A stretch of DNA of 64,000 nucleotides from Eledone cirrhosa (Eukaryota): NCBI GenBank assembly GCA_964016885.1, contig OZ024742.1, positions 102,362,001 through 102,426,000 of the forward strand, given 5' to 3'. Below, piece after piece: positions 28,894-44,184 of the stretch. The position numbers were made by a program, and so were the translations under genes. How positions within the stretch are numbered: position 1 is the first letter of the stretch; each line of letters starts with the position of its first letter. The notes under the pieces were generated by a model that was not told the DNA's origin, did not search any database, and saw only the letters and a program-made list of their open reading frames with translations.

Positions 28894-29195
28894 CGAGGGT
28901 GGGATAAAAAGTTCATAGGCTGACTATTGAAGGATAATGCTAGAGTTGTGAATTTTGCATGCATTGATTTCAACTCTTCCTCTTAATGACTGCCTTGTTT
29001 CTTTCCAGGTAGACTTTAAAAGTAACTAGTAGCGGACTTCTCTTGAAAATGGACAAAATTAGGCAACGTGGTGTTATCAAGTACCAGTAGAAAAAGGGTT
29101 TATCCCCCAAGGACATTCATGCTGACATGATTGTTAGATTAGGAGGGGAACCCTCCAGCTTTATCAACAGTGCAAAAGTTGGCAGCTGTATTTAA
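28894..29195 (+). mobile_element. Mariner 5' end with transposase N-terminal remnant (related to the MITE)
   Basis: TIR cgagggtgggataaaaagttcatagg; frame from 29049 reads MDKIRQRGVIKYQ*KKGLSPKDIHADM. Confidence 0.75.
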
Positions 29196-29820
29196 GGGGG
29201 TGGGGTGGGGTGGTGAGTCTTGTACTATAAAAAAAAAAATGAAGATTTCTAATTTAGGCACAAAGCGAGTAATTTTGGGAGTAGGGGGAAGGTCGACTAA
29301 AATAATCCCAGTACTTAACTGGTATTATATGTTATAGACCCGGAAGGATGAAAGGCAAAGTTGCCCTCGGTCGGATTTGAACTCAGAACGTATACAGACG
29401 AAATAAATAACGTAAAGCAATATATCTGATGTTTGTAATACACAAACTGTGTTACAGTTTAGTGAAGAAATCTAATATTACTTATTTTCCCTGTACAACA
29501 ACGGGTTGTGAAATTGTATATATATACTTTCAAAAATCTCCACAGATGGAAGCCGTTTTTTTTGTTTTTTTTTTCAAAATAACAGGCTAAATGAGTTGGG
29601 ATAAACAACCCAATGGAACTTAAATATCTGTACATGTCACTGTTGTAACTGACTATACATAATTCGTCATCGAACTGAGTGCTCTAAACCCGTGGATATT
29701 TATATCAAATTTCTACTACAATATATATATGTATGTAAAAGGTAAACAGAAATAACAACACAATCGGTACAGTATATGGAAGGGATGTATTAGGTTAACG
29801 CTTGATATAGCAGGAAGAGG

Positions 29821-29858
29821 GTCTTAACGTTTCAGACGCTAGTCCTTCATAAGAAGAA
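29821..29858 (-). ncRNA. Degenerate hammerhead-like motif
   Basis: tctt-CTTATGA-aggactagcgtct-GAAA-cg-TT-aaga; G5 is mutated. Confidence 0.35.
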
Positions 29859-29975
29859 AGAATGAGAAATAAGATAGATTGAGGGACGGGCCGGTTGGAA
29901 TTGGAAAAAATGTCTTTAGATAAAAATAACAGGTCCATTCATGTTGACATCTCTTGCAAAACTGTTGGGGCTGGC

Positions 29976-30141
<166 letters not shown>

Positions 30142-30228
30142 CGCGCGCGCACGCACCTGTGTGTAACAACAGTAAGTAAGGTACTCAATACATTAGTAGA
30201 GTGTAAATGTCAAATTGAATATAGAAGT

Positions 30229-30280
30229 GGCTTCAACAGGACTAGGACTGTTTCTTTCGAAGGAAATCATCAGGAAGGCC
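30229..30280 (-). ncRNA. Type I hammerhead within a palindrome (second core on + at 30281-30326)
   Basis: ggccttc-CTGATGA-tttc cttc gaaa-GAAA-cag tcctagtc ctg-TT-gaagcc. Confidence 0.7.
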
Positions 30281-30336
30281 CTGATGATTTCCTTCGAATG
30301 AAACAGTCCTAATCCTGTAGAAGCCATTTCTATATT

Positions 30337-30382
<46 letters not shown>

Positions 30383-30579
30383 TATGTATACGTACATACA
30401 TGTATACAGACGTACAGTAGTATGTATATATACATACATACATGCACACATATATATATGTACGTATGGATTCACCAAACATTTATTATAATGCTCGGTG
30501 TGTTTGTAAACAAACATCCCGTATTAAGCCGTAGTGTCTAGCAACCATCGTCGCTTGTTTGTTCAACACTGATAAAGGA

Positions 30580-30622
30580 ACGCTGTACTAGTTTCAAGCT
30601 TGTTAGCTATCGTCAGCAACGT
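30580..30622 (-). ncRNA. Minimal hammerhead (family C)
   Basis: acgttg-CTGACGA-tagct aaca agctt-GAAA-ctag-TA-cagcgt. Confidence 0.85.
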
Positions 30623-31123
30623 ATACCTGCCTGCCAGATAGTTGAACGTCCGAAAGTATATACTTTCCTTATGCATATTAACGCCTGAGCAGCCTAATTT
30701 GCATATCGAGTGGGTTAATCGGCCGGGGTGCACCGAAAACGTCAGTGTTGAACAAACGAGCAACGGTGGTTGCTAGACACTACGGCTTAATACGGGATGT
30801 TTGTTTACAAACACACCGAGCCTTATAATAAATGTTTGGTGAATCCATACGTACATATATATATGTGTGCATGTATGTATATATATATATATACATACTA
30901 CTGTACGTCTGTATACATATATGTATGTACGTATACATACTTATATTTAAGTAACAGCCGTACTAAGAGTTGGAAATGAAATTTCGTTTCATTTTTTCCG
31001 TTTATCCTTTTCGGTGCACCTGGCCGATTAACCCACTCGATATGCAAATTGGGCTACTCAGCCGTTAATATGCATAAGGAAAATATATACTTTCGGACGT
31101 TCAACTATCTGGCAGGCAGGTAT

Positions 31124-31166
31124 ACGTTGCTGACGATAACTAACAAGCTTGAAACTAGTACAGCGT
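31124..31166 (+). ncRNA. Minimal hammerhead (family C)
   Basis: acgttg-CTGACGA-taactaacaagctt-GAAA-ctag-TA-cagcgt. Confidence 0.8.
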
Positions 31167-31624
31167 TCCTTTGTCAGTGTTGAACAAACGAGCAACGATG
31201 GTTGCTAGACACTACGGCTTAATACGGGATGTTTGTTTACAAACACACCGAGCATTATAATAAATGTTTGGTGAATCCATACGTACATATATATATGTGT
31301 GCATGTATGTATATATATATACATACTACTGTACGTCTGTATACATGTATGTATGTACGTATACATACTTATATTTAAGTAACAGCCGTACTAAGAGTGG
31401 GAAATGAAATTTCGTTTCATTTATTCCGTTTATATATATATATAAATGGAAAAGAATGAAACGAAATTTCATTTCTCACTCTTAGTACGGCTGTTACTTA
31501 AATGTACGTTTTCAGTACGCCCGGTCGACTAACTCACTCGATATGCAAATTAGGCTGCTCAGCCGTTAATATGCATAAGGAAAGTATATACTTTCAAACG
31601 TTCAATCATCTGACAGGAAGGTAT

Positions 31625-31667
31625 ACGATGCTGACGATAGCTAATAAGCTTGAAACTAGTACATCGT
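31625..31667 (+). ncRNA. Minimal hammerhead (family C)
   Basis: acgatg-CTGACGA-tagct aata agctt-GAAA-ctag-TA-catcgt. Confidence 0.85.
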
Positions 31668-31873
31668 TCCTGTGTCAGTGTTGAACAAAAGGGCGACGAT
31701 GGTTGCCGAACACTGTACGGCGTAATTCGGGCTGTTTGTTTACAAACAAACGGAACATTATAATAAATGTTCGGTAAAGCCATACGTACATATATATATG
31801 TGTGCATGTATATATATACATACTAGTGTACGTCTGTATACATATATGTATGTACGTACGTATACATACTTAC

Positions 31874-31911
<38 letters not shown>

Positions 31912-33073
31912 GTGAGTTTTTTTTTTACAAAATGAAAAATAACCGAGGTGTCCTACACGAGTGAAAGTATAAGGAAAAAAAAGATGAAATCGAAAATGCA
32001 ACTGGAGGCTTTTAAAAAAAATATATATATATATTTATTTGGTTCCTTTATCGGTTTCGCAGTTCTTCTGCTTTTCAAAAGTAGAGTTGAGATGGAGGGT
32101 CTGTGGTTTTTCTCACATATATATATATAATTGCAGAATTGGTAACAGGTTGAAGGTCAGTGACGGACGAATAAAGGACAAAATTGGTATACAGATGACA
32201 TAAAAATGCTTAGTAATATTTAGTTCTGGTTCCTTACGTTCTGAGTTCAAATTCTGTCGAGGTCAACTTTGTTTTTCACCTCTCCGGCGTTGATAAAATA
32301 AAGTACCAGTGACGTACTGGAGTTGATATAATTGATTCTCGCTTCCCCTAAATTTCTGGCTTTGTGCCTAAATTAGAAACCATTATTACAAGTTAGAAAA
32401 TGGCGGTGGATTAGCAGAATTGGTAGAGCGCCGGGCAAATGTTTAATATTTGTTTGGCTGTTTACATTCTGAGTTGAAATACTACCGGGATCAACTTTGC
32501 TTTTCATCATTCCGGTGTCAATAAAATAAAGTACCAGTGAAGTACCGGGGTTAATATAATCGACTCTTATTTTCCCTTAAATTGCTGGCCTTGCGCCAAA
32601 AATTTGAAACCTTTGTTAAAAGATGGAACAAATAAATAAAGAAAGAAAAGAGATAAATCTTGTGAAATTGTTAAAACTATGAAAGGTGTTAGGAAGTGAA
32701 ACATAACGGATGATTGATGATATAGTTTGGTGAAGTCGAAACTTGTGTCTGGCTAGTGAATTTGGTAAAACTCTCTGGAAGAGAGAAAGGGGAAGTAGAG
32801 TGAGAGAGAAACAGATAGAGGGGGGGGGGGTGAGAGAGAGACTGGAGAAGAGGAAGACAAAGTGGATGAAGCAGAAAGAGAAAAACAGACAGACATAGAA
32901 AGAGGACAGAGAGGAGGAATATATATATATATAATGTAGAAGTTGTATTTAATTTGTTGGAAGTCCGACAAACATAAATGTTTATAACTGATTTAGAGCA
33001 CTCAACATTTTACTAGAGTAAAAATATTCCATGATATTAAATAAATGGAAACTATATTTATAAAACCATATTT

Positions 33074-33138
33074 TATTTTATTATATATATTTCAAGGGCA
33101 ACCAAGACAACATTGGTGCGCTTTCATCAGATAAAATA
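33074..33138 (-). ncRNA. Hammerhead (family H) within element ~32935-33205
   Basis: tattttat-CTGATGA-aagcgcaccaa..ttggttgccctt-GAAA-tatata-TA-ataaaata. Confidence 0.8.
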
Positions 33139-33203
33139 CAATGTTTGTTTTATAAATAGAGACGTCCCCATGAAAATTCTACCTTATCGGTTGGAAATTC
33201 ACT

Positions 33204-33260
<57 letters not shown>

Positions 33261-33332
33261 GTATGTGTATATATATATATAATGTATGTGTATATATATA
33301 TATAATGTATGTGTATATATATATATATAATG

Positions 33333-33368
<36 letters not shown>

Positions 33369-33455
33369 TATATAATGTATGTATATATATATATATATAT
33401 ATATAATGTATGTATATATATACATATATATATATATAAATATATATAATGTATG

Positions 33456-33487
<32 letters not shown>

Positions 33488-33572
33488 AATATATATAATG
33501 TATGTATATATATACATATATGTATATATATAAATATATATATATAGAGAGAGAAGGAGAGATAATAATAAT

Positions 33573-33611
<39 letters not shown>

Positions 33612-33807
33612 TTGGAGGGGCGTCGTGAGAGAACCATTTCTATTTCGAAGGAGCAAGAACATGAAGAGGAAAGAAGGAAGCATGCAATAATAAACAGTTG
33701 GATTTAAGCAAGGAGAAAAAGTGTGTGAGCATACGTTAATGGCGGCACACGTGGCAACTATAAGTTTCCTTTCAGGGGGATTTGGCAAAGTTCCTACATC
33801 AAAGACA

Positions 33808-33997
<190 letters not shown>

Positions 33998-34160
33998 CTG
34001 GAACAATCTTTGCAAGGAGATAAAACAATCAAAAGCCAATAATTGTCTGAAGAATTCCAAAAGCAGATGTGTTAGATATTCTGTGAGGATTATGGCTAGG
34101 AGAGATGGTGAAATTAATTACAAGAACTGAAATGTATAAAGATGCAAGGCTCGTGCCAGT

Positions 34161-34225
<65 letters not shown>

Positions 34226-34251
34226 CATACACAGATATACATACATGTATA

Positions 34252-34293
<42 letters not shown>

Positions 34294-34330
34294 CATACAT
34301 ACACACTCATGCATACAGACATACATATAT

Positions 34331-34379
<49 letters not shown>

Positions 34380-34380
34380 A

Positions 34381-34426
<46 letters not shown>

Positions 34427-34498
34427 TACCTATATATATATATATACTTATATAATACACACACGCACACGTGTATACATAGTATATAAATATGCATG

Positions 34499-34531
<33 letters not shown>

Positions 34532-34733
34532 TTATATACATATATATATATACATATATATACACATATATATATACATATATATATACATATATATATA
34601 TACACATATATATACATACATATATATATGTACACATGTATATATACATATATATATATATACACACACGCATATATATATATATATATATATATGTATT
34701 TGTGACTGTAGGTATGTTTCTTTCTTTTAACAG

Positions 34734-34860
34734 AAATTAAGGAAGTTTAACTTGATAAAAAGTGGGAAATAAACAAATAAATACAAACAAAATAAGAAGA
34801 AAAATAGACAAAAATGATTGAAAACCAAAATCCCAAGTGTTGTAAAATGGCGGAAAAAAG
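34734..34860 (+). other. Candidate exon with start codon (MIENQNPKCCKMAEK...)
   Basis: Acceptor tttcttttaacag and donor AG|gtattt; short open frame from 34814. Confidence 0.25.
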
Positions 34861-35978
34861 GTATTTGTTATTTTATTTGTTAGGAAGATTTTCACCAAAT
34901 TCTCCCGTTTTCCTTTCCTTATATATTTATAGATTTATTTTTTATTCATTTATTTCCGTGTATGTTTGTGAGTGTGTCTGAGTGTGTGTTTATATGTGTC
35001 TGTCTGTATCTGTATGCGTTGGTGTGTGTGTGTGTCTGTCTGTATCTGTATGCGTTGGTGTGTGTGTTTGTGAGTATGTCTGAGTGTGTGTTTATATGTG
35101 TCTGTATGCGTTGGTGTGTGTGTGTTTGTTTGTATCTGTCTGTATCTGTATGCGTTGGTGTGTGTGTTTGTGTGTGTGTCTGTCTGTATCAGTATGCGTT
35201 GGTGTGTACGTGTGTGTGTGTGTCTCTGTTTCTGTATACATTTGTGTGTGTGTGTGTGTGTGTATGTATAGTTATGCCTGTGTGTCAATGTATGTGCATG
35301 TTTATGTGCGTCTGTGTGTGTGCGTTTGCGTGTGTGTCTGTCTTCCTATATGTATCTATATATGTGTGTGTATATATATTATTTTTATCTCTACATAAGA
35401 TAGGAAAGGTAACAACTTGTGACCTTCTACATAAGATAGGAAATGTAACTACTGGTGACCTTGACCCTGAAATGTTACTGAAACACAAAGATATCATTCT
35501 CGTGTCATCGGCTGCATTGTTATACTCTTCAGAAGGATGACGGTTTGGCAGAGTCGTTAGAGCGCCGGACAAAATTCTTTGCGGTATTTGTTCCGATTCT
35601 TTACGTTCTGAGTTCAAATCTCACCGAGGTCAACTTTGCCTTTCATCCCTCCGAGGTCGATAAAATAAAATATCAGTCAAGTACTGGGGTCGATATAATT
35701 AACTTTCACCTTCCGCCAAATGTGTTGGCCTTGTGCCTAAATTATGAACCATTATTACACTCTGTGGATAATGGTTCAAAGATACACTATGCCTTAAAAA
35801 TAAAATACATAGTCTTGAACACCTTTCATCATAGGTCTGCTAAACCAGAGTTGATCTGGAGTTAAAAAATATCAATAATGATACGAAAGATACATTGAAA
35901 AATTCATTCCTAGATATATTATGTCTAAATAAAAGACGGGATGATCATGGCCGGAATACCTTTGATCGTAGTTAAGAC

Positions 35979-36273
35979 CAGGGGTGTGCAACATATTCCA
36001 TTGACGGGCCACTTTTGAACATTGGAGCAACTATTAGGGCCATTAATATTTATTAAGCACTATTCCCAAAATTCACCACAACTTCTTTCCATAATATGGA
36101 ACTGGGAAATTATCACACACATAACCAGTGAAGCTCTTTAGTATAGGTTAACTAACAGAAAATTGTATTACGGTTATGAAAAAAATTCTAAATAAGCCTA
36201 CAAGGAAAAAATTAAAAACGGTCAACGCGGGCCACTCTGACTGATCTGGCGGGCCGCCTGTTGCACGTCCCTG
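35979..36273. mobile_element. hAT (Charlie-like) MITE
   Basis: TIRs caggggtgtgcaac / gttgcacgtccctg, subterminal cgggcc motifs, 8-bp TSD gttaagac / gtttagac. Confidence 0.8.
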
Positions 36274-37741
36274 GTTTAGACCAATCTGAGTTGACTTAGT
36301 TCTAAACGACAGTAATAACACCAGAAAAACATACTGGATAATGTAGTCGTAGATTATATAATGGAGTGATTACAATTTGGATCCCCGGAACAACAACAAC
36401 AACAATAACTAAAAATAATTTTCATGACTCCCTTTCAGAACATTGAAGACTGTTGGGAGAGAGGTCGCCTCAAATGGGAGGCCTGGTTTGAATGCTTGCA
36501 ACACAGGTAGTAGTGTTGAACTGGGCGACATATTAAGTCTACCACAGACTAAGTAGACCATTGCGAGATTTGAACTCAGAACGTAAAGATCCAGGACAAA
36601 TACCAACACTGCGCTATATTGTCGACCTCGAAAGGATAAAAGGTATGCCTACTTCGGTGGGATTTGAAGAAAGGGCACAAAGAACAAGAATAAATACCGC
36701 ATGGAAATTTCTCATATGCTCTAATAACTCTTCTCATTCACCACCTACTACTCTATCAATTAATAATAAACCTTATAAAATATCGAAGGGCTGAGAGTGT
36801 TTGAAATTTGAAAATGTAAGAGACCTAAACGCAAAAATTAACTGCAATAGCAGTCGATCTCTATAGATGATAGTTGAGGAAATTGGTTAAACTACCCTTA
36901 GAAAAAGAGGACAGAGGTACTTTAATGACTAATAGTTTCAACAGTAGCCACTAACTAGAGTACTGATCTGAATAATCGAATTAACTCCATTAACTGGGCT
37001 TATAGAGTCAAAGAAAACACCCCTACGTGATCGCTTGGCCTGCTACAAATAGCGATTAAGTTTTCCAAACACTCCACATGTAAAATACTACAACCGTCAC
37101 TTGTAATCGAGTATGACTTGGTAGTATGTGCCATGCTATCGCCGAGGGTTTTAGGCCATGCAGTCACAAGCAGACACCTTCTCAACCTTTACTCCTTTGA
37201 TCCAGTGGAACATCCAGGTTGTGACAGCCGAAAGGAGAAAGGGCTGCACCAGTATCTGGACGGTACTTTCTTTATCGACCTTGAAAGGAAAAAAAAGCAA
37301 ACTGGACCTCAAGAGAATTTGAACTCAGAACACAGAGAGCTGGAACAAATATCTAAAGCTCTGCCGACCCTGTCAAATTGACCGAACACTGTCTTAAAAA
37401 TAAAGGACATACTGACATACTGGGCATTGTGGACCTTCATAAACGAAATAATACAATGGTAATAATACACTGGACGTTTTTGGTCATTTAAGGCTGAATT
37501 GATGTTAAACAATATCTAGATTTATAGAAGTAATGGATGGTTCTGTTAGTGGTTCTACTTACTGAGCTATAGGCAGCCTGGGGCACTGAACTTGTGGACA
37601 AAATGAACAATAGCTTTTTTAATACTTCTCATCCTGTAGCATGTTATAAAACAAATATTTCGAGCAAAGGATAAGTTTTATGCCATTTCTGTATAGTGCT
37701 TCCATTTCGTGGCATTCCAATATTTTCTCTCTCTCTCTCTC

Positions 37742-37787
<46 letters not shown>

Positions 37788-38109
37788 CCCTTTTTGGCAG
37801 ATTTCCCCTCCGTCCTCTAACACTTGTTACCTCTTCCTACCCTCTTACCTTCCCAACTTCATCTCTGATCCCCACCCTCTTCTTTCTCTGTTCATATTTC
37901 CTTCAACACAGTTGATATTCCATCTATTTCTGACGAAAAGTTCTTCCGCCTGAAACATTAGACTTTCCTTCTTCTCAATATAACATCTATTCCTCTCTTT
38001 GAATTATTCTGACGACGACGCAGAACATTATTAGTTTCCTTGAATTCTACGATTTTTTAATTATTCCCTTTCCGCTTGTAATCTTGGAGGTGTGAGCAGG
38101 AAGAAAGAA

Positions 38110-38400
38110 CCGTAATTCTAGGGCGAATTGGAAGGACTGTCCTGGCGTGATGCCAAATTACGCCACGGTTTCATGTACGCCATCAATCCACTTCTCTCAA
38201 CATCGGCCTCTGGCTTAGTATGGCCAAACATCCTTGTGTTATATACACGATGGGCTAACTGGCTGACTGGTTGGTCGGTTGGTTTTCTTATTACGTGTCC
38301 GAACCTCCATTCGCTTTGTTGCTGCGTGTGATGATAGATTAATCTTGTCCCTACCATTTTCCTGATTGTATCGTTCTCGATCATATCTCGGTGAGTCGTT
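38110..38400 (-). pseudogene. RTE-type LINE 3' fragment
   Basis: IENDTIRKMVG...WRFGHVIRKP. Confidence 0.55.
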
Positions 38401-39361
38401 AGTGTTGGTTAGAAAGAATGCTTTGTGCTATTTGTTCTAGACCTCTGCGTCCTCAGTTTAAATCCCGCCGAAGTCTACTCTGCCTTTCATTCTTTCAGGG
38501 TCAATAACTAAACTATCAGTTCTGGAAGTGCCTTGCGGTATTTGTTCCGGCTCTATGTTTAAGTTCCGCTTAGATATTAAAATCCCACCGATGACAAGAA
38601 ACAGTGATTCTATCTTGGGTTCACTGCAATGGGCGGAGGAGGATTGTAATCGTCTGTTACTACACCTGAACGACGACGACAATGATGATAATAATTGTTT
38701 CTACTTTTGGCACAAGGCCAGCAATTACCCCAGTGTATTACTGGTACTTTATTCTATCGACCCCGTAAGGATGAAAGACAAAGTTAGCCTCGGCGGGATT
38801 TGAACTCAAATCATAAAGGGCCGTAACTCTATGCTGAAAATCATGGTGTCCGACGCTCTACCAACTCTGCCAATCCACCCACCATTATGATAATAATTGT
38901 TTCTACTTTTGGCACAAGACCAGCAATTACCCAGTGCTTACTGGTACTTTATTTTATCGATCCCGTAAGGATGAAAGGTGGGATTTTATCTCGGAATGTA
39001 AAGGGCCTTAACTCTATGTCATGAAGCATGTTGTTCGACACCCTACCGATACTGCTAATACTGTTATATAACAAACTTGAGTTAAAATCAAGATGGATCG
39101 TTACGTGGTTGTTCAACCCGCTAAAAATAACAGTCAATTCATCAAATTTACATATTGAGTATATATACATGTTGGTGGCGAATTGGCAGAGTTGTTAAAA
39201 CGTGGGATAAAATGCTTTGAGGTATTCGCTCGGGCCCTCTGCGTTCTGACTTAAAAACCGCCGTGGTCAACTTTAACTTTGATCCTTTCGTGGCTGATAA
39301 AAAAATGGCAGTCCAATTTTGGGATCGATACTTCCTCTATATCTCTTTCTCGTTTCCGCAG

Positions 39362-39530
39362 AAATTGACTGTGTTCAGCCCTGGAGAGGCGATGGGTCCC
39401 GCCCAAGATACGCTGTATTTCACTACGACACCCCTACGACTCCATCAGGTGTTACGGGTCCATACATACATATAGACATGCAAACATGTCTAATGTACGC
39501 ATTTCCCTGTAATGATGTACATATCTTCAG
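39362..39530 (+). CDS. Probable internal coding exon of an unidentified host gene
   Basis: Acceptor tttctcgtttccgcag, donor CAG|gtaaga, open frame EIDCVQPWRGDGSRPRYAVFHYDTPTTPSGVTGPYIHIDMQTCLMYAFPCNDVHIFR. Confidence 0.55.
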
Positions 39531-40452
39531 GTAAGAATACAAGTAGGTTCTAAAAATCTTTCAATAATAATATTTTTTTTCAATTTTATGTGAAATACGT
39601 AATTTGGCACGTTTTTATGTCTATATAGTTAAATTGTAATATGTACTATACAATGGTCGGCTGAAAAGTTCATAGGTTGACCAAGATACTCTCAAGGAAT
39701 GACCAAATGAGATTTACTTTTCAACATAGTCCCAGGAAAGAAACAACGCAGTTAATAATAAGAAGTGTTGAAATTAATGCATGTAAGATTTCACAGATCC
39801 ACCTTCACCCCTCCATAATAAGCCTATAAACTTTTCAGCCCACCCTCGTATATATGTAAATTTATCGTATACTTTGGCTGCTTAGTGCACAACTTAATAT
39901 ACATCAATATTTAGGGCGGTGGATTGGCAGTATCGGCAGAGGATCGGACGCCATGCTTTGCAACATAGAGTTACGGCCCGTTATGATCTGAGTTCAAATC
40001 CCGCCCAGGTTAACTTTGCCTTTCATCCTTACGGGGTCGATAAAATAAAGTACCAGTAATACACTGGGGTCGATTTAATCGATTTCCCCTCCCTCCAAAT
40101 TGCTGGCCTTGTGCCTATACAAGAAACCAATATTAACTAGCAACATAAACGCTAATAATATGCAAATTAATATGTCCTTTTCAGTATACTACTATAGGTG
40201 ATGCACACTTGAAAGATTAAGAAAAACTAATGCAACAGACCGAAATAATTCCAAGCAAACGTTTTTCTCTTTCGAAAATGTGTTTCATACTTACACACTC
40301 ATTAATAGATATTTCTTGCAGTTCATCTCTTAACAAAACAAAAACAAACACATGATAATAATAAATAAATAAATAATAAAAATAAATATATAAACAAAAA
40401 ATAAATAAATAGCGATATGATCTTTTCTTGGGCTTCTGTGTTTACCAAAGGC

Positions 40453-42062
<1,610 letters not shown>

Positions 42063-42294
42063 TGTTACATCTGCTGCTATGGTGGCGGTGGTGGTGGTGG
42101 TGTCGTAGCAGCCTTTCTTGCTGTTAACTATCTCCCATTGGATTTCATTGACCCATAACCAACAAGAGAAGTGTGCGGGGCGGAGCGGGGCGATGTTCGG
42201 TGAAGGCGATGGCATTTAGGGGCGGGGGGGAGGTGTTGGGTGTGGCATCCCCAAAATTGCATTCCTTGTGGTAGGTCGAACACTGCAATATCAA

Positions 42295-43140
42295 TCATCA
42301 TCCTCATCACCATCACCATCATTACCATAGTCGTCGGCGTCACTGCCACCACCACCACCACCCTCACCATCATCATAGCTGTCGCCGCCACCAGCCTCGA
42401 CACCACAAACAACACCACTACCACCACCATCATTCCCATCATCATCACCATCATTGCAATGGCCGTCGTCACTGCCACCACTACCACCACCACCATCATT
42501 ACCATCATCATCACAATCATTGCAATGGCCGTCGTCGTCGTCACTGCCAAAACTACCACCACCACCACTACCATCATCATCATTGCAATGGCCGTCGTCG
42601 TCGTCACTGCCACCACCACCACCACCACTACCACCACCATTACCATCATCATCATCATCATCATTGCAATGGCCGTCGTCGTCGTCACTGCCACCACCAC
42701 CACCACCACTACCACCACCATTACCATCATCATCATCATCATCATTGCAATGGCCGTCGTCGTCGTCACTGCCACCACCACCACCACCACCACCATTACC
42801 ATCATCATCATCATCATCATTGCAATGGCCGTCGTCGTCGTCACTGCCACCACCACCACCACCATTACCATCATCATCATCATCATCATTGCAATGGCCG
42901 TCGTCGTCGTCACTGCCACCACCACCACCACCACCACCATTACCATCATCATCATCATCATCATTGCAATGGCCGTCGTCGTCGTCACTGCCACCACCAC
43001 CACCACCACCACCATCATTACCATCATTACCACCATCATTGCAATGACCGTCGTCACTGCCACCACCACCACCACCACCACCACCACCATCATTACCACC
43101 ACCATTACCACCACCATCATCATCATCGCTACCATCTCCA
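42295..43140. repeat. Compound (CAT/CAC/CGT) repeat with a ~60-70-bp higher-order unit
   Basis: cattgcaatggccgtcgtc..actgccaccacc recurs about 10 times. Confidence 0.9.
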
Positions 43141-43195
43141 TCACCAACAACATACATCTCCGTCTTTTACTATTCCTTCAAACCAATTGATGCAG

Positions 43196-43229
43196 ATTTC
43201 AGGACGAAGAATTCCCTAGAATTGGCTGA
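43196..43229 (+). CDS. Candidate terminal exon continuing the 39362 exon (R-FQDEEFPRIG*)
   Basis: Acceptor ..ttccttcaaaccaattgatgcag; phase matches the donor at 39530. Confidence 0.3.
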
Positions 43230-43330
43230 CAGCAGCAGCAGCAGCAACAGTAACAACAGAAACATCAACAACAACAACGACGACAGCTCGGTTACGGAGC
43301 ATAAACAAACAGTAGGGATGGATATACAAA

Positions 43331-43361
<31 letters not shown>

Positions 43362-43661
43362 CTGTGTGTGTGTGTGGGTGTCTGTGTGTGTGCCTGTGTG
43401 TGTGCCTGTGTGTGTGTGGGTGTCTGTGTGTGTGCCTGTGTGTGTGCGTCTGTGTATGAGTGTGTGTGTGTGTGTATATACTTAGTTTTTATATTTGTTT
43501 TGCAAGATTGTTATGTGAGAACGTGTGTTGAAACATATATTGTTATATTTTGGGAGGGTCATGCAGCCTATAAAAAACACACGCATCAGTGATGTTTCAC
43601 TTTAATTTAATATAATTTCTCGACGGTTACGTAATAACCGGATGGTTGTTTAGTTGTCGAT

Positions 43662-43706
43662 TGTCAAAGCTCTTTCATCACACATTCTGCGACCTCTTCA
43701 GTGACT
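43662..43706 (-). ncRNA. Minimal hammerhead (family A, diverged)
   Basis: gtca-CTGAAGA-g-gtcgca gaatg tgtgat-GAAA-gagc-TT-tgac. Confidence 0.65.
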
Positions 43707-44083
43707 ACTTTCATTATTTTGTGTCTCCTCATTATTCTGTTTTACATCATCTTTTTATCAGCCGTGTACCTGAACTGCGAGTATGAGTGTGTTTATTTAT
43801 TAATTATCATTATTTATACCCTCTTCAGGGTGGTGGATTGGCAGTATCGGAAGAGGGTCGGACAACATTCTATGCATCATAGTGTTACGCCCCTTTACAG
43901 TCTGAGTTCAAATCCCGCCGAGGTTAACTTTGCCTTTCATCCTTACGGGGTCGATAAAATAAAGTACCAGTAATGCACTGGGTAATTGCTGGCCTTGTGC
44001 CTAAAGTAGAAACAATTATTTATACACTCTTCTCACTCTTTTTCCTACTTGTCATTAGTTAATAGTTATCATGATTTTTGGAG

Positions 44084-44184
<101 letters not shown>

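Larger units (their letters stand above)
30381..31876 (+). mobile_element. Family C retrozyme-like cluster (inverted copy, partial and full tandem ~432-bp units, further copy)
   Basis: 30381-30741 inverted; gtcagtgttgaac at 30741 and 31173; diverged copy 31506-31876; no credible ORF; bounded by (TA)n. Confidence 0.85.

Noticed and set aside
34029-34130. Possible minus-strand exon ([31 protein letters not shown])
   Set aside because: Only an acceptor-like site; no homology or partner exon
37923-37965. CTGACGA...GAAA hammerhead-like motif
   Set aside because: Stems I and II do not pair convincingly; at best a decayed relic
39914-40010. tRNA gene-like A/B boxes
   Set aside because: These are heads of a multicopy SINE; no complete cloverleaf is evident
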